A stretch of 64,000 nucleotides of DNA from Adineta vaga (lineage: Eukaryota; Animalia; Rotifera): positions 5,456,001 through 5,520,000 of the forward strand of contig CP075496.1 of assembly GCA_021613535.1 (NCBI GenBank), in the 5' to 3' direction. The notes beneath the pieces were generated by a model. The model was not told where the DNA came from and made no database searches. It saw only the letters and a list, made by a program, of their open reading frames with translations. Each line of letters starts with the position of its first letter. The stretch's first letter is position 1. Of the stretch, positions 53,483-64,000 are shown piece by piece. The position numbers and the translations under genes were made by a program.

Positions 53483-56400
53483 ATGTTTTTAAACATCGAT
53501 TATGCAAAACGAGTAAGAATTAATCTATTTTATTGGAATCTTTGTCTTTGTCATTATTAGTTTAGGCTGCTGCTCGAGAAAAGAAGTCGACTAATAATGA
53601 ATCTCTTGTTACGACACAATTTGAAGATGATGATATCGATTATGAACAATTATTTGATGATCAAGAAACCCTTATGAAAACTTGCAAACCAGAAACAATA
53701 ATAAAAACAAAGAAACGAGTTCGTTTTGCTCCAATTATTCATGAAAATTCTCTAACACCAACATTATCACGTCCGTCATCTATTCGACCGACATTTGAAG
53801 TTGAATTTGATTTTGATTCACTCGAATCGTCATCAATTGAAAGTACCAAAGATAGTTTACATGTTCCGCAAAAATCCATCGATCATTTCAATTGGAAAGA
53901 TGCATTTCTCAGTGATTTACATATCGCAAAAAAAACCAAACCAACTATTATATCCTCACCATCAATTGTACAAATAGAAACTAAAACTAATGAAGATACA
54001 TTATGGGATTTTATGAAAGAATCTAATCCTGAATTATTAGAAAAATTGGAACGAACAACGAATGAAAAACAAAGACGTCTTGATCGATTTTCTATTCAAC
54101 AACCAACATCGGCTAATAAAACGAATATTGAAATTGAAAAAACAATGTCTGTACAAAATGAAGAAGGTATTCGGAGGACAGTTGATCATCAAATATGTTC
54201 ACCTAATTTAAAATAATAAACAAACAATTATTTTCTTTATAGAAATCACTAGTATTCATTGATAGAGAATGTTTCTTGTGATAACATCCAAATCGGTACC
54301 ACTATTCGAAAAATCATTGAATACTTCATTAGTTGAAATTCGACTTGAATACGGTATTTATCTTTTTCATTTCTCTTCTTAACTTCTTTTCTTCTCAATT
54401 TAATTAGATGAATTCAATCAAACACATGAAGAACTTCTACAATTCTTATTACCATATCATAAAATTCTTTGTCAAGAAAAAATTTGGCCACAAGAATATA
54501 ATTTTACTTCACCTCAGATATCTCTTCAATTGATAAAGAACATTTCCGAAGATACAAATTCATCGAATTTTCATTTCAATCGAAGTGATATTCTCAAACA
54601 TTTAATGTTTATTTATACTCTAACTTCATTTCTCTACGTATTTGCTTATTGTTCATTACAAACAGCAATACGTCATGTCGAAAATGTTATTGTACAAAAT
54701 ATGAAAAATGTTTGCATTGGTTTGTTAAAATTGATTTCGAAAAAAAATTTTCCATATTGAAATTTAGATCAAGAACGTGGAAAACCTTTATTTGATTTAT
54801 TAACAAAAACTCATCAAAAATTCGAAAATATTCTTCATCCAAAAATTTTACATATTAAAAATATGTTTATGGAGTTTTTCAATAAACGAAGACAATTAAT
54901 CAATATGACTCGACAAATATCTGAACCAAAAGTAATTAAAAACAGAACACATAAAACTTTCATATTTCATTCTTTTCTTCTTATTTAGTTTCTTCTTCTT
55001 GTTCAATATGAATCGATTGATCTTCTTCATGATATCGAACATGGTCTATCATCAATTATTGAACTTCATCCATTTGTTTACGATAAACGAAATAATATCA
55101 ATCGAGATGAATTGAATGATTTGTAAGTCCATTGAAAATTTTTCTTCATTGTTTCGTAATTTTGAAATTCAATGTACAAAGATTGTTGTATAACAATATG
55201 TTAATTATTCGTACACGGCAAATATCACCAGCAATTATTCTTCGACCAAAACGATTAACATTAGTGATCGAATATGAATATGGTGAACAAATATTACAAT
55301 GGGATCGATTTTGTCAACAACAAACAATTGCCTATATGGCTTATAAAACAATTCTACCAACATTTATAGCACCAGGTTTTGTATTTTAATAATGAAGAAA
55401 AGATTATTTTCAAGATATTTTTTATTTAGAAAAAGAAGAAACAATTGAATTAAATGAAAACATTTCTTCTTCAATAGTAGAAGAAACATTAGTAACATTA
55501 CCAGCTATTGTTTTAGCTCGACCATTAGTTGATAATTTTAAATTATTACGAACACTCGAATGTCGGTAAGAACGAATCTGAGTTGTCTATTGTTCTCTGA
55601 ATGCTGCAAACTAATCAATGTTATTTTTATAGACATGATATATCGATTATTACACGAGATTATCATCTATTGGGTATTTCAATGGATCAACAACCAGATA
55701 TCTTAATTGATTCGAGTACTTCAATGTTAATTTTTGATTTAAATACAAAACTCGATATTAATATGGTTCGACATAAAGTATATTATAACTTCTCTTAGTT
55801 TTTCTTTCAAAACATTTTTTTGTTCTATATTATTAGATTCAATCCATGACTCTTCATTCATGTCATATTCATGTTGCTATCTTAACCAGTGGGTATGTTT
55901 TCTTGATTAAACCGTTTCCTTTGATCTCAATACTAACTTCCTATTCATAGATCAATACCGGATTTTATTCTTTCAACATATATTACACCAATAACACAAT
56001 TAGCTAAACAAATTCAACAAACTGAATCAAATATTGATATTCAAGTATTTAATCAAAATAAGATTTACTATTACATCTTGATTTTCAATTCAATAGATTA
56101 AATCATTCAGTAATCTCGATGATTTTGCTGCTCATGTTGCTCAATTAGTACAACAAGAATATATAATGAAATGTATTTTAACTCCATCACCATCATGGGT
56201 AAAACTATTTGTAACATATTTCTTTGTTTTTCTATTGAAATTTCTATAAGAACGAAAAACTTTTACTTCGTCGATGTTCATCACTCAATAGTATTAGGTA
56301 TTGATTTTATCTTTAACATTTCTTCTTATATGTTATTCTTCTATTAAGTGCTCAATTGATTTTACAACGTGTGAAAAATATCGATTTATCAATAGTTAAT

Positions 56401-56538
56401 CTTGATATGTTAATCAATCAATGTCCCGAAATACCAACAATCTATTTGAAAGTAAATATGATTCTTATGATTAAATGATAAAGTTTTTTGGTTTTTTTTC
56501 TCTAGACATTTCTGTCGGATATGCACAAGAGTATTTAA
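53483..56538 (+). CDS. SHOC1: SHOC1 (C9orf84/Zip2)-like XPF-family meiotic crossover protein; about 15 exons
   Basis: Collinear blocks resembling SHOC1 as recalled: MFLNIDY; LWDFM; HLMFIYTL..CSLQTAI; LVIEYEY..WDRFCQQQTIAYMAYKTILP; LLRTLECRHDISIITRD..ILIDSSTSMLI (ERCC4-like); PSWNEKLLL..LNSISAQLIL..CPEIPTIYLKTF (HhH-like). The junction at 54150-54335 is ambiguous. Confidence 0.8.
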
Positions 56539-57248
56539 CTTTTTGTATTGTAAATATTTATATTGTATTTTTTATGAAAAAATATTTATAATTAGATAAA
56601 TAAAGGATAAGTTATCTTTGCAAAAGTGAATAAAATAGGAACCTAGATTTTACAGTTTATCTGCATATTGGACAACATTCTCAGTTTCGCAATGAAATGT
56701 TCAAAGTTTTAGATATGTCATCTGATTATAAAGAAGCTTAATGAATAGACTGATAGAATACACGTCATAAGGTGTAAAAAATAGTTTAAGTAGATTAAAA
56801 AATATAGGTGAACTACATCTATTTATAAAATATACTTCTGGGCATCAAAGAAATTCAGAGAAACAACAATAAATCACCCATACTTTACCGACATATTTTA
56901 CGAAATAATTTAGAAAACTATGTTTTACTATTGATCGAAGACAGAACCTTTAGTTTGTCAATCATTTTCTTTGAAAATATCAAATTCATAAAGACACAAT
57001 TTATGTTTAACATAAAGCATTCTCTCAACTAATAAAAACTGATTTATAAGTTTTTCTCTTGTGCATATATTTATTTATTGATATGCTATCTTCAATAATA
57101 TTCCTTGGCGACGATTGAAGAGGGGCTAGAAAGTAGAAGTTAACATATCAAATATTTATCAGAACTGATTTTTAACACATAACATTTTTTTTCTCGTTTT
57201 AAGCAGAAACACTTAGTAATAACATTTGTCGTTTATTCTTCAAAATCA

Positions 57249-57932
57249 ATGTCGGTTAGTATATAGATTTTAATCATAAAATGCTTTTTTTTATTGAACG
57301 AAAGAATTTGTTTTTTAGCGTAAACCAGTAGCTTTATCTCTTCGACAAATGAAAGGTAATTAACGAGTGAAAACTTCGTTTCGAAATTTTGTTGTTTGTT
57401 CTCTTTGAAATGGATACAGAATTACGTAATACATTTGATTTATTTGATCGAGATAAAAGCGGAGCCATATCATCTTCTGAATTGGAACAAGTTTTAATTG
57501 CATTGAATTTTGATCCGACCGAAAGATTACTTCGAAAAATAATGAAAGAAATGGATATTGATAGAAATGGTCTAGGTAAAATTTCTTTTTCTAAAACTTG
57601 TTTAATTGTAAATGTTATTTAGTTGAATTCGATGAATTTGTAAAAGTAATGCGCAATGTTTATGAACGGAAGTTTACTGATAATGAAATGCGAAAAGCAT
57701 TCCAATGTTTCGATGCTGATAGTTCAGGTATAAACACACGTCATACGTTATTTCGTACTATTTGTCGGTTTTCTTAGGTTATATTACTATCAATGAATTA
57801 CGTGAAGTCTTAAGTCGATTAAATTATAATGTTAGTGAACAGCGACTCGGTGAAGTTTTAGGTGAAATTGATACAGACAATGATGGAAAAATTAGTTATG
57901 ATGAATTTGTCCAAATGTTACAAAGTATTTGA
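57249..57932 (+). CDS. Calmodulin-like protein with four EF hands (5 exons)
   Basis: EF loops DRDKSGAISSSE, DIDRNGLVEFDE, DADSSGYITINE, DTDNDGKISYDE. Confidence 0.92.
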
Positions 57933-58499
57933 ATGACAAGATTTTTCTGTAAATAAACTTTTTGTGTTTAATGAATGTAATTATGGATTCGACTTTTCAA
58001 GGCGATTACATATGGACATTATATATAAAACTTTCGTACTTAATTTTTTTCATCATGTCTAGTCGGATGAAAATTTGATGGAGGCAGTATTGAAGATCTG
58101 ATAGTTAATTGTGAAATATCAGTATTTGCTTTGTTTACGAAGGAAATGGTGGGAATAAATCTTGTGTTTTAAGATTCGAAATATACAAATAAGAGGAAGA
58201 CAATGATTTTTATTAAATCTTGACTGGTGTCAATTTGAATATATGAATCAGCACTTCAGCATTGATCTCAAACATGTCCTATTTCTGTTTAACATCAAAG
58301 GTTATGTGGCATGTTAAATAAAATTCAGTCAAAGCATATTTTTATCTAAAGTCACAATCCACCTGTAATTTACTGTCAGTCAAGGCTTTTGTAGGCCTCT
58401 TATATTATTAATATTAATTATTGACAGTGTCACGATGAAGGCTTTTATTTGAGTTTTTCTACAAAAAAGAAACTCATTGAAATATAAATCAAATGTTTT

Positions 58500-59572
58500 T
58501 TAACATATTCGTTGAAAATATTGTCGATTAAGAAACCAAAATTGTTTACAGATTTCAAGAAATTCTTTTCGAAATACACTCGATGCCAATACATAAAAAA
58601 GTACTGTAACCTGCATTAATATAGAAGAAATTGTATCGTCATTTCTACATTCTTATGAGTACTTACCGACACATACAAACATGACAAATAGACTCCAACA
58701 TAATGAATAAAGCTGAAGATTACAGTACTTTCTGTTGTTTGATGAGTTGAAATAGAATTCAAATATAACATAATGGGACTAAAGGATGATACAAAATTGA
58801 GAAATAAATAAGGAATAACTTGAAAAATGGCTAAACGAATAAAATGCATATCTCGATTATTTTTTCTTGTAGATCGAAGTTGAGGAACGGCAGCTGAACT
58901 TGCAGGAACTCTTGCATTGATTGGAATAGAACTAGCCGGTTGAACTGGAGTGATTCGTTGATGACTTTGACGGATATTTATTATTGTTAATGTACTGAAG
59001 ATAATAACAATGAAAAAAGGTGCACTTGATGTACTTATATTATAAATTGTTGAGAAAATAGCATAATTCAAATCTACGATGGGACTACATGTGGATATTT
59101 TTGATATGTAAGCAATTGGTGCATGTATGGAAAAGAGAATCCAGAATAGAAATGAACTGATGATAATCCATCGAACATTTTTCAATGAACTTTGACGTCT
59201 TAGCCAAATATTTGATGATGTCACAAGCCAACGATCAATAGATATTATACAGATAAAATGGCGAACGAGTACAAGTGAAAGAACACTAAAATATGATCGA
59301 ATTTTACAAAGAGAATTTATTGTTGAAAATCCATCATAATGTGTCCAAGATGTAATTGAACGTAGAAGAAAATTGAGATTTAAAAGAAGAATTTGAGATA
59401 AAGACAAACAAATAAAATACCGTGAACAACAATTACGACGAAGTTTACGACGACCAAAAATAATTAGATTGAATATATTAGTTAATGTACCAATAAAATA
59501 GACAATTGGAATAAAATAATCATTGATTGTTGCCTGTATTTTAATTAAATTGACAATAATTGGTGAAGCCAT
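58500..59572 (-). CDS. Rhodopsin-like (class A) orphan GPCR, 2 exons
   Basis: GTLTNIFNLIIF, LRRNCCSRYF, CKIRSY, SIDRW, seven hydrophobic segments; last exon VTVLFYVLASSVFRKEF after a short intron near 58610-58666. Confidence 0.88.
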
Positions 59573-61161
59573 CGTTAACCACTGAATAATGTAATACTTT
59601 GAAACTTGTACACAAACTAATGTTTATATAAATATATATATAAAATTATAGGAAAATATTGTATTCTCCCTACGTAATAACATACATTATGTAGATCTAG
59701 ACTAGAATTAAAATATTATCATGCTTTCCAAAAAATTAAAAGAAATATTATTACTACTAATAGGATTGACATATTCTTTTGACATTTATAGAAAAACTTC
59801 TTAGAATATTTCAATTGATCTGCACTCACTCAAGCTCAACAGATGCGAGGAAAAAGAACATACTTATTTAACTTTTGACATTAGTTGTTGTTAGTATTTA
59901 AAGAAATTTGTTCTATATTTGATGTTTCAACAAATATGACACTTGCCTTCGTTCGAATAACTTCAACAAATCGATTTCTCGAATATCTTTTAGTTTCGTG
60001 ATTTCAATTTCGGTCGCTTTTTAACTATTGTTTCTTAATCTTCAGGTCATATGTCAAAACAAGTCTTTTTCGAGCGAATGTCATCAAAAAAATAACTTTG
60101 GATATACAATTGATAGATTAACATAGTTTATAAATATTCTTAATAAAGTACTTAACAAACACTTTTTGAGATTGGTGGAGTCAGTAGAAAGAATACTAAC
60201 TCTTTCACGAAGTTTTTGTCATAAAGAACGTTGTAATGCAAATTAACTTACCGTACGTTATTAAATCGTCCAAATAATATCGTCCGTGCATTGTCTTAAC
60301 AGGTTTTTCTATATGAATGTACTTTTGACTTCTACTAGCAATTTAGATAACATTAGTTGTTTCATCTGATTTCAGACGTATAATTTTCTCACTCCTTTTT
60401 CTATTTTTATAAAGTTATTTTAAAATGATACTAATACTGAATTTCTCTTAAGGTCAAAGAAATTACATATTTTTTGTGAAATCATCACATTTATACATGA
60501 GCAGTATGACTTGTAATAAAGCGAAAAAACTTGATATCATCAGATTTAAAAGCAAAACTTTCAAGCACTGAAAATAATCTATCCAATTAGAATCAAAAGT
60601 ACAACTTTTGAACAATGATGAGGAGGATCTTTATATTAGTTTCCATCCATTATCAATAGATCAATATTTCGACATGTCTTGAACGAATCACTCAAAATAA
60701 TCTCTTTCAAGTCGAGTGACCTGTTATATCTATCATACTATCTTGAATTCTCGTTGTTTCTTTTATATTTTATATTCCATCTATATATTATCAAAACATC
60801 AATTTTAGGATATATATTATGATTCTAGTACTCAAGAAGACATTGTAGACGACGAAAATGCTAATAATACAAAAAGTTGTTTCTGACAGTGTATGTCTCT
60901 AAATGCCATCTATCGATAGAAGAATCTATTGATTTTTAGAAAGAATAAATAAACTATGGAGTAGATCAATCGAAATATATGAATGAATGTATGTCAGACA
61001 CACAGATATTATATTTTTTTGATTAATCGATCAAATTTATCGATGTATTCCTTTTTAGAAATGCTATTTAAACTTTAATTATTTTCTACAATATGATGAT
61101 TTTCTTCTATTAATTATTCATAGACACATATAGTTATTTATATAAATAAGAAAAATTAAAA

Positions 61162-61808
61162 ATGCCGATACAATTGTCAGATTTACAGAGTAAATTAGAA
61201 GTTCATTGATGATATTTAATGAAAAAATTCCTTCTTATCTTTAGAAATCGGTCTTGGTTTGACAATATTTGGTGTTGGTTTTATTTTTCTTGGTATGGTC
61301 TTTTTATTTGATAAAGGCTTATTAGCAGTTGGAAATGTAAATATTTGATTTAATTTGATTTCAATTTCATTCTATGGAATAATTCGAATTTATTTAGATT
61401 TTATTTCTCGCTGGTCTTTCAATGATTATTGGATTTGAACGAACATTTCGATTTTTCTTTCAACGGTATAGACTTAAAAGTACTGCTCTTTTCTTTGGTG
61501 GAATTCTACTTGTTTTAATTGGTTGGCCAGTCACTGGTATGATCATTGAATTTTATGGATTTTTTCTTCTTTTCGGGTTTGTTTCTTTTAAATCGCTTTC
61601 ATTCTCTTTATGTTCTCATCAATATTATCTTCTAGAGGTTTCATTCCAATTGCTATTAACTTCCTTCGACGTCTACCTATCATAGGTTCAATTCTATTAT
61701 TACCTGGCATTCGACAGGTTTATATTTATCTTCTTTTTCGTACATCATTCGCATCTCTATTCTTTTTAGATTACTGACAAATTATCAGATAGTCGATCGA
61801 TGGTATAA
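61162..61808 (+). CDS. GOLT1B: Vesicle transport protein GOT1 (Got1/Sft2 family), 5 exons
   Basis: MPIQLSDLQKIGLGLTIFGVGFIFLGMVFLFDKGLLAVGNILFLAGL..IGFERTFRFFFQ..GWPVTGMIIEFYGFFLLFGGF..FLRRLPIIG. Confidence 0.93.
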
Positions 61809-62081
61809 TATTTGTTAAACATACTTTCATATCATTTTTGTTTTTTGTTAACGTATGTCTATGTGTGTGTGTTTGTTTTCTTTTTGGAATTGTTAAAACT
61901 TAGCACAATGTGAAAGGACTGAAGTGAATATTATGAATTACTTTCTATATCTAGATCTATTCCATTTTTGTTTTGTCAAAAACACTCCGTCAACATGTAG
62001 AAGAATATCTTTGGGTTGATTTTTATTTTCAGATGTTTCTTTTTGAATTCATTGATTTGAATTAACAAAAACAAACAAACT

Positions 62082-64000
62082 ATGCAACGAAGAATGAATC
62101 GATTGATGCAAAATCTCTTGACCTATGGTGAACAATCTAGTAAGCAAATAATCAATTTAATTCTTATTTCAACATACATATGTCAGCAATGGTTTGATTT
62201 CAATTGATAGACTAAAGATCTGTTTAAGAACAAGATCATTATATCCGTGATAGTTTATATTTGGAGAATCTCATTTCTATGTAAAATAATTGCTTTTACC
62301 AAAGATGTAATTTCTATATTCCTTGAGAATGTTTAATATATCTGTTCAATAAAAACCATATTTGCTATGTTTATTAGGTCATCGAATATCTACAATTATT
62401 TATATTCAATGTAAATATAGTACACAATGTACTCTACTCCATAATATTTCTTCTACGTAAGTCTTTAGACGAATTATTATATCTCGATTCAATCTACTTT
62501 CTTTATAGTTTCAAAAAGTCTAATCAGTATGAGATATTATCACAACGAAATACTTTTTATTCATCGATTCGGAATCAATCAAATTCTACCCCATCATCTA
62601 CTAACACTACCCAATCGGTAACATCTGATAAAAATGTTCCAACTATGTCACCAGTTTCAACTATATTAAAAGGTATCTGTTATTCATTGTTTATCCAATA
62701 TGTAACATATTTATATTAGTTCGAGCACGAAAAACGCAAATTACAGATTATGCTGCAAGTTACACAGAAAATAATTTTATAACAGCAACACGAGCGATGC
62801 ATGAATATCTTTTAAAAGCCAAGTAATGTTGTTATGAACTATTCCTTAGATGTTTGTATCAAGAAAATTTTGTCTGTAGCGATGTTGAAACACTGAAACA
62901 ATACAAAACGCGATCACCCTATTCAGATGAATGGGATGTAGCACAAATGTTAACTGTTTATCGACGAGCTGATGTTGAAAAACGGTAAGAAAACGTGTTG
63001 AAAGTTGAAATATCGATTTTGTTTCTATATTTCAAGTGCGTATGAAGTATGGGGTAGTCCAGAAATGTTAAATAAAGAAAAAGGAAAGCGAATTCGAACA
63101 AGACAACAAGAATACGAAGGTAAATCGATTGTTTAATTCAGTTTCATTATACTTTGGTATTGTTTATCAGCTATTTTTAGTTTAAAAAAATCCGTCAAAG
63201 AATATCACAAACGTTTGATCATGTTAGAAAATGCTCCGTTGGATAATCGAAAAGCAGTAAGCTCAAGTTTTTAGTAGAATACTTTTGATTATCCATTGGA
63301 TTCTATAGGTTAAAAATACTATTCTAGCTACTGGTGGTGGCAAAGTAGTGGTTGCAGCGGTTCTAATGTAGGATTTTACATATTATGAAAGAGGCAAACG
63401 AAGATTTTTATTAATTTTGATTTTTGTAAATGTTTAGTAACGCAACAAATGCTGTAGTTAAAACTATCGGATGGTTTTTTACTGGTTCAGCATCATTATT
63501 TTCCGAAGCTGTACATTCGATTGCTGATACTTGTAATCAACTTATTCTTACATTTGGTTTATGGCAATCAATCAAAAAACCTAATCCTGAACATCCGTAG
63601 TTTCTTACTCTTCTTCGAATAGACTATTATCTATTGAGTTTAATACATTGTTTTATAGTTATGGTTATTCAAATATGACTTATATCTCATCGTTGATTAG
63701 TGGTGTGGGTATATTTTGTTTTGGCACAGGTTTAGCTTGGTATCATGGAGTTTTAGTTCTATTACATCCTCAAGAAATGGAATCTATTTTTTGGGTAATT
63801 AAATTTATAAATTGAAATCATATTTTTTGAAAATTATGTTTTTCATTATTATTGAAGGGATTAGCTCTATTGAGTGGTTCATTAATTTCTGAAGGAGGTT
63901 GGTGTTTTATTTGTATGTACTAGAATTTATTTATTTTATCTACATCTATTTAAGCAACACTTTATATGGCTGTTAATGAAATTCGTGCATCAGCAAAAGA
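62082..64000 (+). CDS. SLC30A9: Zinc transporter ZnT9; partial, 3' end lies beyond the window
   Basis: Presequence-like first exon MQRRMNRLMQNLL; YTENNFITATRAMHEYLLK; RSPY..VYRRADVEKRAYEVWGSPE; WFFTGSASLFSEAVHSIADTCNQ; PEHPYGYSNMTYISSLISGVGIFC. Confidence 0.93.

Noticed and set aside
62329-62352. Apparent premature stop (MFNISVQ*) at the start of SLC30A9
   Set aside because: An upstream exon 62082-62139 (phase 1) splices to the acceptor at 62377 and restores the frame, so this stretch is intronic.

Overview
AT-rich, gene-dense eukaryotic DNA with many short (about 50-60 nt) GT-AG introns. Composition, intron size and the lineage-typical B-box and GPCR families suggest a bdelloid rotifer; this is inference, not proven. 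Spliced protein genes in order: BET double-bromodomain protein (partial), USP19-like deubiquitinase, a two-domain small heat-shock protein, a B-box/coiled-coil protein with an in-frame TAG, G-alpha-s, COPS2, SNRNP40, pyruvate kinase, a Gfi1/senseless zinc finger, RPLP0, a compact trithorax/KMT2-type methyltransferase, an orphan acidic prohormone-like precursor, LRRC45 (frameshifted), a mini F-box ORF overlapping an apparently intact SHOC1/Zip2 meiotic crossover gene, a calmodulin-like protein, a rhodopsin-type GPCR, GOLT1 and SLC30A9 (partial). Non-coding elements include two MITE-like insertions and three intronic box C/D guide RNAs in RPLP0. Most notable: (1) SHOC1 in a putatively asexual lineage; (2) three frame-symmetric microexons building an insert beside the FBP site of pyruvate kinase, plus a candidate upstream exon that would nest SNRNP40 in a PK intron; (3) a compact C/D RNA predicted to guide U2 Gm25 that also carries an antisense match to the rotifer spliced leader. 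All exon structures and homologies were read by eye; no database searches were run.
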